From a virus (taxonomy: Duplodnaviria; Caudoviricetes), in the IMG/VR virus record IMGVR_UViG_3300031673_000076, positions 1 through 50,122 of that record: a DNA stretch of 50,122 nucleotides. The stretch is one strand, 5' to 3'. Position 1 is the first letter of the stretch, and every line of letters begins with the position of its first letter. The notes beneath the pieces were generated by a model, which was not told the DNA's origin, did not search any database, and saw nothing but the letters and a program-made list of their open reading frames with translations. A program made the translations under genes and the position numbers. Below are positions 28,772 through 37,320 of the stretch, piece after piece.

Positions 28772-29149
28772 TTAGTTCATTGCCTGATGTGTTTCCATGT
28801 ATTCAGTTGTCAGATTCTCACAGTAATGTTCCATTGCCCGTTCTCTTAAGCGTATTCTATGTTCCCTTTCCCTGCTTTCATTATATAATCTCATCGCCCA
28901 TTCCCGTTTTTCTTTGATAGTTACAGGGTCGTGTTTCTTACAATACCATTTACCATCACGATTAATAGTAGCATTGAAGATACAGGGATGATAATGAGGC
29001 CACCTTCCCGATTCCCGTACTTTTTCTTCACACTGATGTTTCTCTTTCATCCTTTTTATCCATTCCCATCTTTTTCCTTTATTTTTTTCATGTGTATCTA
29101 CCTTGCCTACTTTAGCACACATTTGACATATAACTTTCAGGATTGCCAT
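28772..29149 (-). CDS. Cys/His-rich hypothetical protein
   Basis: CxxC and GKWYCKKHDP. Confidence 0.55.
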   Translation of the reverse strand: MAILKVICQMCAKVGKVDTHEKNKGKRWEWIKRMKEKHQCEEKVRESGRWPHYHPCIFNATINRDGKWYCKKHDPVTIKEKREWAMRLYNESREREHRIRLRERAMEHYCENLTTEYMETHQAMN

Positions 29150-29171
29150 TTTACTTCCCCCTTTTTTATGG

Positions 29172-29519
29172 TTATCTAATCTTCATTTTGTTTGCCAATG
29201 ACATAATCGCTTGTTGAAATACTTCAGGTAATGCCTCTAATTGTTTTCCACCTTCTATTATTCTATCCTCTTCTTTTACAACATTTACATATTTTTTAAT
29301 ATCGGATTGTTTCTGCTTTGGTACATTATCAATCCAAGCTTTAATCCATTGTATCATATTTGACTGTTCTTCTTGAGTCATATATGACTTATTTTCATAT
29401 TTTATATTTGTTGGTATAGTTATATTCTGATTTAGTTTTTGTTTTTCTTTGGTTATCATTTCTTCTCCAAAGGGTCTAAATATCGTTTCTGATGTAACCA
29501 CGTTGAAGCATGTGGACAA
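29172..29519 (-). CDS. Hypothetical protein following the replication initiator
   Basis: Likely start at 29459, coupled to the upstream gene. Confidence 0.5.
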   Translation of the reverse strand: MSTCFNVVTSETIFRPFGEEMITKEKQKLNQNITIPTNIKYENKSYMTQEEQSNMIQWIKAWIDNVPKQKQSDIKKYVNVVKEEDRIIEGGKQLEALPEVFQQAIMSLANKMKIR

Positions 29520-30157
29520 AATTTATTATTCTCTCTTAAACTGATCATTCCCAATTCAACCTGTTTCTTAAAAGCAATAATTAAGTTCTTGGTATCTTGT
29601 TCATCAGGGTCAATTTTTATAAATTCTTTTTTAGCTTCTTCCTTTCCTACTTTTTTTGGGTATGCTTCCCAAAACTTTTCAAAACACACAGAGAGTACTT
29701 TACTATCCTTTACTTTACTATCCTTTACTTTACTTTGTGTATTTTCTGTTACAGAAATTATAGGTAACCCATATTTCTGTAACAGATATTCAGGTCTTTG
29801 AGGTATTTCTGCACCACGTTTACGATACACATCTTCAATATTATTAATAAATTTTTGACACCATATAACTTTTACCTTCCAAAATTCAGCATCAATAGCA
29901 TCAAGACTCACTAATGTATTTAGTATTTCTGTAGCAGAAATGTCATCAAGTAGGGTTTTTGATAACAGAAATTCCCAATTAAAAGAATTATTGCAATCGT
30001 AATAATGATTTTCTGTACTCCCAAGTATTTCAAGTAAAGTCCACCAAAATGCTTTCCCATTATTGCCATATTTAGTTGACAATATCTGAATTGTTTTACC
30101 ATGATTAACATAATGGGGAAAGTAATCGACTGTATTCTTTTTAGGTCTACCTGCCAT
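29456..30157 (-). CDS. Phage replication initiator (Lin1244/DUF4373-like)
   Basis: MAGRPKK..VDYFPH; FE.FW.AYPKK..K..A; PH.STWL.Q.RY. Confidence 0.8.
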   Translation of the reverse strand: MAGRPKKNTVDYFPHYVNHGKTIQILSTKYGNNGKAFWWTLLEILGSTENHYYDCNNSFNWEFLLSKTLLDDISATEILNTLVSLDAIDAEFWKVKVIWCQKFINNIEDVYRKRGAEIPQRPEYLLQKYGLPIISVTENTQSKVKDSKVKDSKVLSVCFEKFWEAYPKKVGKEEAKKEFIKIDPDEQDTKNLIIAFKKQVELGMISLRENNKFCPHASTWLHQKRYLDPLEKK

Positions 30158-30164
30158 TTACACC

Positions 30165-30671
30165 TCACACCCGTACCGTTTCTGATTCCCTTGTCCCCAC
30201 CATATCAAACATATCGAGTTGCTTTCTATCCCTTTCCCCGTCTATGTATGCCTGTGCTACCCTGAGAAGATTTGAAAGGTCTTGGATTGCATTGACCGGA
30301 AGTACATTTGAATCATCGCCACTCTCAGAATATGCCGTCTCCGGTTTGTGAGGTGTGTTGATGACAAGTGGTGCATTTGAATGATTAAGTTTAATAAGTG
30401 CGGTTATTGTAGCCCCCATGATGTCATCAGTCCATGAGAACGAAACGCCGATAACCCGTATCCTATCCAAAAAGTATGCGGGTAATTCGCAGATTTCTAT
30501 GACTGAAGATTTTAACAATTCGAGATGCTGGTAAAATTCAGCTTTTGCCCTATCAAAGCTTTCCAGTGTGAATTTGTCTTTATCTTCACGGTCATCTCTT
30601 GACTGTTCGTAATGGATGGTGATCTTCTCGTCCTTGCACTTGATCTTTGTGATAGTAATTTTATCTGACAT
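30165..30671 (-). CDS. Conserved phage hypothetical protein
   Basis: I.KIK.K...PLVINTP...YIDGER..QL..F. Confidence 0.65.
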   Translation of the reverse strand: MSDKITITKIKCKDEKITIHYEQSRDDREDKDKFTLESFDRAKAEFYQHLELLKSSVIEICELPAYFLDRIRVIGVSFSWTDDIMGATITALIKLNHSNAPLVINTPHKPETAYSESGDDSNVLPVNAIQDLSNLLRVAQAYIDGERDRKQLDMFDMVGTRESETVRV

Positions 30672-31018
30672 ATTACCGATTCCTTTCTTTAAATGGTGCT
30701 TTGCTCATTTATTCTCTTTCTTTCAATTCATCTAATGTGGCGATAAGAATAAGACATATCGCTACTCCTAAACAGTCGTAGTCTTTAAAATAAATCGCAG
30801 AAACAGTAATAAATCCAAACATTACCGCCAATATAGTTTTCATCTTTTAACCTCTTTTTCAATCAACTTGAAGTTTGCACATGCTTTTGAGGGCTGTGAA
30901 TGTTGACTTTGAGGATATAAACCTTTAAAATTTATACATGCAAAACAACTATTTCCCCAACATAATGGATATTTTTTCCAGTTTTTGCATTGCTCTACAG
31001 TAACCATAATCACCTCTA

Positions 31019-31195
31019 TTATTCACGTTGTATTATGTAAAGTATATCTTCAAGATCAACAGCAATTCTGTCCAATATATCCCATGCACGATCCGTCTTT
31101 TCTTCACCGATTGATTTATCAATTATGAAATCCCGAATATCGGTTATAACATCCTGAAAGGAAACGACTTTTCTTCTTAATTCATGACCTCTCAT
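31019..31195 (-). CDS. 58-aa hypothetical protein directly downstream of tRNA-like element 1
   Basis: Manual translation MRGHELRRK...YIIQRE*; GAGG RBS. Confidence 0.5.
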   Translation of the reverse strand: MRGHELRRKVVSFQDVITDIRDFIIDKSIGEEKTDRAWDILDRIAVDLEDILYIIQRE

Positions 31196-31227
31196 TTAAT
31201 ACCTCAAATTAAATTGCTAATTTCTAA

Positions 31228-31382
31228 GCAGGCGAGCAGGATTCGAACCTGCAATAGGACTTTTTAAGTGAACCTTTTTAGTACCTCAGCTTTGTACTTC
31301 AGCTTCTTGGTATCCTTGCGTGGGATCACGACCACGTTAATTCAAACTTTCGTTAGCGTCTACCAGTTTCGCCACCGCCTGC
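31228..31382 (-). ncRNA. tRNA-like element 1 (acceptor, D and T arms; ~100 nt replaces the anticodon and variable arms)
   Basis: GCAGGCGG-TG-GCGAAACTGGTAGACGC...GCAGGTTCGAATCCTGC-TCGCCTGC; no encoded CCA. Confidence 0.7.
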
Positions 31383-31387
31383 ATTAG

Positions 31388-31660
31388 TTATAACAAATGG
31401 GATATTGCTCTTTGTGCTGCTCCCGCCCCATTGTCACGATCATATAATCTTTCATCGAACTCATCATCTCTCGAAAGATCAATTTTTATAACACGACCTT
31501 TTAAATAATCGAAATATGTGTATTTTTTAAGATATCCCTTAGCTTCCTCTATATCCATATCGCCTGGAACCATTTGTATAAAGCCAAGTCCTTGAACTTT
31601 TGCCCTATCATAAAGAGCTTTTAATACTTCTTCTTTTTTTAATCCGAGAATGCTAATCAT
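31388..31660 (-). CDS. Conserved phage hypothetical protein bracketed by tRNA-like ends
   Basis: VL.ALY..AK.QG.G...FDYL.GRV.K.DL...LYDRDNG.G.A. Confidence 0.75.
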   Translation of the reverse strand: MISILGLKKEEVLKALYDRAKVQGLGFIQMVPGDMDIEEAKGYLKKYTYFDYLKGRVIKIDLSRDDEFDERLYDRDNGAGAAQRAISHLL

Positions 31661-31680
31661 TGTTCTTTCCTTTCTGTTTA

Positions 31681-31768
31681 GCAGGCGGGCAAGGATTGGT
31701 GCGCTCGATTTGATATAATATCCTGCTATTATCTACTATCTCCGTAGTTCAAGATCGCCACCGCCTGC
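31681..31768 (-). repeat. tRNA-like element 2 (same termini, unrelated interior)
   Basis: GCAGGCGGTGGCGA...AATCCTTGCCCGCCTGC; perfect 8-bp terminal stem. Confidence 0.7.
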
Positions 31769-31773
31769 ATTAT

Positions 31774-31995
31774 TCACGTATTCAATATCTTGCCACTTTC
31801 AAGGATAGTATATTTATGATCACTTCTTTCCCAACACGGATAACAATGTCTTTCACCATTCCACACGAACCAATCTGAAAAAGGTAATCCACATTGAGAG
31901 CAGGTAGGTCTCCCCGTAGAAAATCCCCATACTTTAAAAGCATGTTCTCTTTCTTTCATCTTTGCGAAACGAATTATTCTTTTTAATATATTCAT
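31774..31995 (-). CDS. Small zinc-finger protein bracketed by tRNA-like ends
   Basis: CSQC...CYPC; strong RBS. Confidence 0.6.
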   Translation of the reverse strand: MNILKRIIRFAKMKEREHAFKVWGFSTGRPTCSQCGLPFSDWFVWNGERHCYPCWERSDHKYTILESGKILNT

Positions 31996-32012
31996 TCTCC
32001 TTCCTTTCTTAA

Positions 32013-32022
32013 GCAGGCGGGC
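32013..32022 (-). repeat. 3' half only of a third tRNA-like element
   Basis: GCCCGCCTGC identical to the 3' end of element 2, followed by RBS and ATG. Confidence 0.55.
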
Positions 32023-32037
32023 GAAGAGGTTGTAAGG

Positions 32038-32391
32038 TCAATCATCATTTTGTATCACCAGCAACTTATCTACCCATTCCTCAACATTAACAGACTTGAC
32101 AATATCAAGGACGACTTGAGCGTTTTCCGAAGTTGAATAATGACGCCATTTGACAAATTCTTTGATACATCTCCAGAAATATTCTTCACCAGATGGTTTT
32201 GATATTGGGCATACTGGACAAGGATTTTTCCCAATACCTTTTAAAGCAGAAAAATATGTATCCCTAAATTCACAATACCCACATTTCTCGTGATTCGTAT
32301 CACCGGTGGCTACAATATTTTCCCATTTCTTGATTGACTGGTCTTTAGCCTTTGTCAAATCTTCAATAAGTTGTTCTCTTGTCGGTATCAT
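32038..32391 (-). CDS. Cys-rich hypothetical protein
   Basis: KWE.I...CGYC...CPVCP...C. Confidence 0.6.
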   Translation of the reverse strand: MIPTREQLIEDLTKAKDQSIKKWENIVATGDTNHEKCGYCEFRDTYFSALKGIGKNPCPVCPISKPSGEEYFWRCIKEFVKWRHYSTSENAQVVLDIVKSVNVEEWVDKLLVIQNDD

Positions 32392-33131
32392 AATGGCAAT
32401 TCCCCCGTGAATTCAGTTTCGGGTTCCGGCTTCGGTTGCACGTCTGTTTCTGTTTTGGTTTCTGGTTCTTTCAGCCCAGCATCAATACATTTCTGGTTCA
32501 TCTTGTCATCGAGACTCTTGTTGACAACCTCGTATTCGGGATCCCTGTAATCTTCGACCTCTTCTCGGAAACTTAGACCTTGCAAAACATCTGCAAAGTT
32601 ATCTCTGAGATTGAAAGCACGGGCACGGTGGAAAAGCATACGTTTAGGGTATTTCCCCCAAGTATCTGCTTTTGAAGGATTTCCCCAAAGTCCAGCCCGT
32701 TTCGCATCGGCAACCGTGAATCTTGTAATGACAGGGTTGTCATCGTCTTTGCGTTTGCTTTCGATTTCATACCCGAAGTTATCTTCGAATTCTGCACCGC
32801 CGATAATTTTGGATTTGAAGTATTCCATTTTCCCGCTTTGCCGTACCATCCCCATAATCAGATCACCCCAGAAAGAAGGGCGCCCGTTCACAACCATGGT
32901 ATTCTGCAATGCCGTTATCGGTGCAAGACCGTGTTCCATACCGTATGCTATGGCAATTGCAATTTCGGCAGGTTTTCCCCTGAATTGCTTTGGGCAGAAA
33001 TCGGTTTGTGCTATCGTGCTGGCATAGCGAACCAGGTCATCATAACTGGTAAGTTCTATACCCTTTCCATTAATAGTAATTTTAGCTTTTTTTAGATTTG
33101 GCAGGGTTGTCATTTCATTATCTTTTTCCAT
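32388..33131 (-). CDS. RecT/Redbeta-like single-strand annealing protein
   Basis: P..FRGKP..I.IAI.YG.E.GL.P..ALQN..VVNGRP..WGD; W.KYPKRML..RA. Confidence 0.85.
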   Translation of the reverse strand: MEKDNEMTTLPNLKKAKITINGKGIELTSYDDLVRYASTIAQTDFCPKQFRGKPAEIAIAIAYGMEHGLAPITALQNTMVVNGRPSFWGDLIMGMVRQSGKMEYFKSKIIGGAEFEDNFGYEIESKRKDDDNPVITRFTVADAKRAGLWGNPSKADTWGKYPKRMLFHRARAFNLRDNFADVLQGLSFREEVEDYRDPEYEVVNKSLDDKMNQKCIDAGLKEPETKTETDVQPKPEPETEFTGELPL

Positions 33132-33143
33132 TTAATTACCTTC

Positions 33144-33989
33144 TTATATCAAATTAAGTTGATTTTCTGGAAGTAGACTGAATGTTCTATGGCAAAAAGG
33201 ACATTCAATCAGATTCTCTAATTGTTCCCTTAATAATTCTTTTTCTTTCCGTTCGGCTTCGGCTTTCTCCTCAAGTGCCTTCCGTTCAGCCTCAGCCTTC
33301 GCTTTCTGTTCGGCAAGAATCTTTTCCTGTTTCTTGCGTTCAGTCTCACGTTCTTGTTTTGCCTTTTCCTCAATAGCACGTTTCTCGGCTTCGGCTTTGG
33401 CTCGTTCAGCCAATATCTGTTTTTCTTTTGCCACTGCTTCATCTTTGAGCCTTATATTCTCAAGACGGATTCTTTCACGTTCCTCGGCTTCGGCTTTCTC
33501 TTTTGCAATCCGCTCCTCTTCCATCCTGCGCTCAACTTCACGCCGTCTTTCGTCCTCCTCTTCCTTCTGTTTGATCTCGACATAATGTTCCTGTTGGTCG
33601 AGATACTCCTCGATGGGAATGATAAGAGCTTTTAGTACATTGGCAATGCCGTCAATGGCTTTGCCCTCACGTAACGATTGTTCTTTAAGTTCTTTACGAG
33701 CTTTCTCAATATCAGTTCTCTTGTGTTGCAGAAAGAGTCGACCCGTTCTCGCCATTTCCATTTCGGCTTTCTGTGAAGCATTAGTTACAATTATTACCTT
33801 TGCTTTCTGCGCCCAGTCATCGGCGATCAAAAAGTAGTCTTGAAACTTCTCAAGGATAAAATTTGCTTTGGTTTGTTCGAGACCGCTTTCCTTTACGATT
33901 ACCATTAACTTGTTGTCAGCATCCATTTCAAATTCCTCTTCTTTCAATTTTGAGTTTCCGATAACTTGATTCTTTAACCGTGAATCCAC
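33144..33989 (-). CDS. Coiled-coil protein of the recombination module (likely start 33926)
   Basis: R..IEK.RKELK...L..GK.ID followed by an E/K/R/A-rich coil and C-terminal CPFC. Confidence 0.6.
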   Translation of the reverse strand: MDSRLKNQVIGNSKLKEEEFEMDADNKLMVIVKESGLEQTKANFILEKFQDYFLIADDWAQKAKVIIVTNASQKAEMEMARTGRLFLQHKRTDIEKARKELKEQSLREGKAIDGIANVLKALIIPIEEYLDQQEHYVEIKQKEEEDERRREVERRMEEERIAKEKAEAEERERIRLENIRLKDEAVAKEKQILAERAKAEAEKRAIEEKAKQERETERKKQEKILAEQKAKAEAERKALEEKAEAERKEKELLREQLENLIECPFCHRTFSLLPENQLNLI

Positions 33990-34824
33990 ATCGTGTTATT
34001 TTATCATACCTAACTACGATTCCTTCCCCGATATTGCCTGCCGTATTATCACCCAAATATGAAATCAATGCCCGTTCCCAGGCATCCAATTCCTTTTCTA
34101 AAGGCTTCATAACTTCTTTCTGTTCATCATATTCCCGTTTTACGTCAACGTATTTCAAATAGACTTGAGTCGCTTCCGGCGGCAGGGCAACGATGTTCTC
34201 ATTGCGTTTGATTGACTTGAGCGTTTCTATGGAGGGCAACGGTGAATCAGGTGGTTTGATTTTAGGAATAACATACTTATTCCACCAAAAAGAACCAAAT
34301 TTTTCAATCTTCTGAATTATTGGCACGTTGCGCAGAATCTTATAATGTCGTCTCTCGATGGGATTTGATTCGATATAAACGCCAACCAGAACGTATTCGA
34401 TTTCTGGACGGCACAATAATTGAGTTTGTACTTGCAAATAAAATGCTTCCGGAATCTCAATACTTCCCTGATGCCCCCAGTCTTTGAAAGAATGCGTGAA
34501 TTTGGCTTCGATATGAGTCGGCAGGTCAAGTGCAAGAGCGTCAACATGGCACATGAAGATATTGTTATGAGGGCAAATGAATTGTAAACGTTCAGGTGTT
34601 AAATCTATTCCAGTATCATAACATGCACCGACCCATTTACATATATCCTCCTCATTATCTATACCTTTTTGCATTGCTTCTGTTATTTTCTTATTGATCA
34701 CATCGTAAACTTTAGAATAGTAGATGTCTAACTCGTTGTGAAATGAATCAATTCCGAATATTGCACTAATGTCAGAACCACCCAAGTGCCGTTTTCTTTC
34801 GAGTCTCTGAGCTTCAGTCAGCAT
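33928..34824 (-). CDS. YqaJ/lambda-exonuclease family protein
   Basis: R...LGGSDISAI.G, HVDA, IEAK, YLQVQTQL. Confidence 0.88.
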   Translation of the reverse strand: MLTEAQRLERKRHLGGSDISAIFGIDSFHNELDIYYSKVYDVINKKITEAMQKGIDNEEDICKWVGACYDTGIDLTPERLQFICPHNNIFMCHVDALALDLPTHIEAKFTHSFKDWGHQGSIEIPEAFYLQVQTQLLCRPEIEYVLVGVYIESNPIERRHYKILRNVPIIQKIEKFGSFWWNKYVIPKIKPPDSPLPSIETLKSIKRNENIVALPPEATQVYLKYVDVKREYDEQKEVMKPLEKELDAWERALISYLGDNTAGNIGEGIVVRYDKITRCGFTVKESSYRKLKIERRGI

Positions 34825-34983
34825 GTCCCTTAAATCCTTCTAATTTCTGAGGTTCACATGAAACAATCTTATTGGAAACTAAATTCTTATATTTAACCAT
34901 TCCTTTTGACCGTGAACAATTTCTTTGAATGATTTGTATTTTTTCATTCCCTCTGAATAAAATCATACCCGCTCTTAATTTCA

Positions 34984-35187
34984 TTATTCCACCACGACTT
35001 TCAATGTTTTGACAATTTTTAACAGGGGACGGCGTTTAATCAAAGTATAAAGAACTCCCTCTTCAAAAAGTTCGGGTTGTTTCGTCATATGTGATTTAAG
35101 TTCTTTCATTGATTCATATGTCCCGTTACCAGTTACTATCAAAAACATTTCATCTCCGTCAACATCTTGTAATCTACATAGTTCCAT
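34984..35187 (-). CDS. Hypothetical protein
   Basis: ORF with RBS. Confidence 0.5.
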   Translation of the reverse strand: MELCRLQDVDGDEMFLIVTGNGTYESMKELKSHMTKQPELFEEGVLYTLIKRRPLLKIVKTLKVVVE

Positions 35188-35199
35188 CGGATTCTCCTT

Positions 35200-35451
35200 T
35201 CAGTCATTTTCTATTAAATCCCAGTAGTTCATGGCGTTTTCCTTACCGATTATATCCAGTAGCATTTCCATGTTAAGCCGGTCAAGGATGCAGGATTCGG
35301 GAATTGATTCAATGATTAAAAGCAACCTAAAATCTCCTTTGGTCGGTCTTATTTCACATTTTCTGCATTTCAAATCAATGTCAAGCGTTTTGGTTATTTC
35401 CATTAATACTTTAACGGGTTTATCGACCGCTTCCTCTGTCTTTGTTTCCAT
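35200..35451 (-). CDS. Hypothetical protein
   Basis: ORF with RBS. Confidence 0.5.
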   Translation of the reverse strand: METKTEEAVDKPVKVLMEITKTLDIDLKCRKCEIRPTKGDFRLLLIIESIPESCILDRLNMEMLLDIIGKENAMNYWDLIEND

Positions 35452-35464
35452 TGAATCAATCTCC

Positions 35465-35980
35465 TTAATTTTCTTTCAAATTAATATATTTTGCTTTTAC
35501 ATTCACGCCTTCGGGTATAGCAGTCAGGCTACCCAGATAGAGACCGCCGCCAGCACTGAGGTTCACGCCTTCGGGTATGGATGTCAGACTACTCAGATAG
35601 AGACCGCCGCCAGCACTTAGAGTTACGCCTTCTGGTATGCTGGTCAGGCTGCCGAGATTGAGAGAACCTTTAAATATTAATATTTTGCCATCCCAACGGT
35701 CTCTCCATGCTTGATATAATTGTTTAATAGCTTCCCCCGTCATTTCATCCGTCCACCAGTTAGGTCTTTCATCATCAAACTTGAATTTCATACCTGCAAC
35801 TTCAAATAGACTCGTCACAGGGATTAATTCAACCGGTGTTTGATAAAAAGATGCCGGGGAATTATTATCTTTGATTTTATACTTATCCCTGATTTTTTCA
35901 TGTGAATCTTCGTGCCGTAGAGTATATATCTTGACGGTTTCGCCTGTTTTAACTGCTATGCCCGATATTGCCTGGCACAT
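35465..35980 (-). CDS. Protein with three 22-aa LRR-like repeats
   Basis: LxLxSLTSIPEGVxLSAGGG with 66-bp periodicity at ~35490-35670. Confidence 0.75.
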   Translation of the reverse strand: MCQAISGIAVKTGETVKIYTLRHEDSHEKIRDKYKIKDNNSPASFYQTPVELIPVTSLFEVAGMKFKFDDERPNWWTDEMTGEAIKQLYQAWRDRWDGKILIFKGSLNLGSLTSIPEGVTLSAGGGLYLSSLTSIPEGVNLSAGGGLYLGSLTAIPEGVNVKAKYINLKEN

Positions 35981-36110
35981 TTTCTTTTCCTTTCTTTTAG
36001 TATTTTCCTTAATTCTTCAGGTTTCATATCTTCCAGCGTATCAATAATCATGAATACGCACATATACATACCCATCAAAGAATACCATAATGCCAATTCA
36101 AGCACTATTT

Positions 36111-36308
36111 CTAACGTAGTGAACATATTATTTTCCCGTTTAAATCTTTGACAACGGCGGTCATGATATTTTTAACACCACCGCACAGATTCTTTGCTTC
36201 AGTTATCCCTTCTCCAAACATTCCTTCACTGGACGTTTTCTCAATTGGGATAACCGAACACTGTGAATTACCCTGGCGATCAATACAATCCACTATTATT
36301 CTTGTCAT
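36111..36308 (-). CDS. Hypothetical protein
   Basis: Translationally coupled ORF. Confidence 0.45.
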   Translation of the reverse strand: MTRIIVDCIDRQGNSQCSVIPIEKTSSEGMFGEGITEAKNLCGGVKNIMTAVVKDLNGKIICSLR

Positions 36309-36883
36309 TTTTTCATACTCATAGTTAGTCGTGAATTTTCGTAGACCTTCGTGCCCGTTTCATTAATTATTTCATTTCCCCAAGCATCCCAGCCTTCTGT
36401 TTTCTGACGAGCAAAGAGTTCTATGCATGGACATAACCCAGTATTTTCAATTATTTTTCTTACTTCTTCTGGTTTTTCAGAATGCCTCAAAGCCTTTGTC
36501 TGAATGAAATTTGGTATCTGCATTCTAAATGCCTTTATATTTCCTTTTATACCGAACCAGCATTCTTCTACCTGCCCTCTGAACCAGAAACCCATACCAA
36601 GAGACATTATCTTTCGCCAGTATATTTTAGTCTTATAACGATATCCCCATGATTCCATTACGAGCATACCTTCTTTTTGCATAGGGCAAGTTACCCAAAG
36701 AAATAATACAGAATCTTTACATGATATCTCTTGCACTGGCAAATTGCTTATATCTTTAACAGTCATTGTTGAATATTTTGATTCAGCTCCGCTTTTAAGA
36801 GAACCTCCAGTTCTTTTGTTCTTATATTTCCACGGTGGATCAGCATAGATTATCTGGTATTTCTTGTTTGGAAATGGTATCAT
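36305..36883 (-). CDS. MT-A70 family adenine methyltransferase
   Basis: IIYADPPW, LFLWVT, HSEKP, IELFAR, GWDAWGNE. Confidence 0.93.
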   Translation of the reverse strand: MIPFPNKKYQIIYADPPWKYKNKRTGGSLKSGAESKYSTMTVKDISNLPVQEISCKDSVLFLWVTCPMQKEGMLVMESWGYRYKTKIYWRKIMSLGMGFWFRGQVEECWFGIKGNIKAFRMQIPNFIQTKALRHSEKPEEVRKIIENTGLCPCIELFARQKTEGWDAWGNEIINETGTKVYENSRLTMSMKK

Positions 36884-37320
36884 ATGTCCTTAACCTTCGT
36901 TCCCGTCTCATTTTGACAGAATTCAAACATGTACCGTGTTATCAAACTCTGTAGTTCAATCAGGAAGTCAACGTTATTAGCATTATCAAGTATGACAAGT
37001 CCGAGGGCGGGATCACATTTTGTGACAAGCCATCTCAGGGCTTCAATAGGTTTTCCTGATGCACAGTAAAATTGCGGTAATTCTTTAACCTTGAGAGGTC
37101 GTTCACCTTCAAGTATCTTGTAAACCTTGATAGCCGAACATCCCATAGCATCCGCAATCTGCTCAGGTGTCGGAGTATTATTGCCATGCCTCAGTATGAC
37201 ATGATTGTAAAGTAAACGGCTGAATTCGGAGGGTGAATCTTCGGGCATTATCAAATCCCCAATTTTAATTGTGAAACCGTTTCTCAAAAGGTATATGTTT
37301 TGCTTAGAATATTTTATCAA
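36880..37320 (-). CDS. HTH regulator, CII-like
   Basis: EQIADAMGCS...YKILEGER helix-turn-helix; early-operon position. Confidence 0.5.
   Translation of the reverse strand: MIKYSKQNIYLLRNGFTIKIGDLIMPEDSPSEFSRLLYNHVILRHGNNTPTPEQIADAMGCSAIKVYKILEGERPLKVKELPQFYCASGKPIEALRWLVTKCDPALGLVILDNANNVDFLIELQSLITRYMFEFCQNETGTKVKDI

Noticed and set aside
29920-30168. Alternative-frame minus-strand ORFs (also 24369-24881, 32573-32797, 44479-44730)
   Set aside because: They overlap conserved genes or regulatory DNA in another frame and have no independent support
31228-31382. tmRNA or group I intron-containing tRNA-Leu
   Set aside because: The ~100-nt insert is too short, there is no alanine G3:U70 identity, and no anticodon stem can be rebuilt by removing a segment
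31228-32022. CRISPR mini-array
   Set aside because: The repeats are inverted pairs with irregular spacing that enclose whole ORFs; no cas genes are present
33144-33600. TolA-like membrane protein
   Set aside because: Only a low-complexity E/K/A/R coil with no transmembrane segment; it lies between the exonuclease and annealase genes
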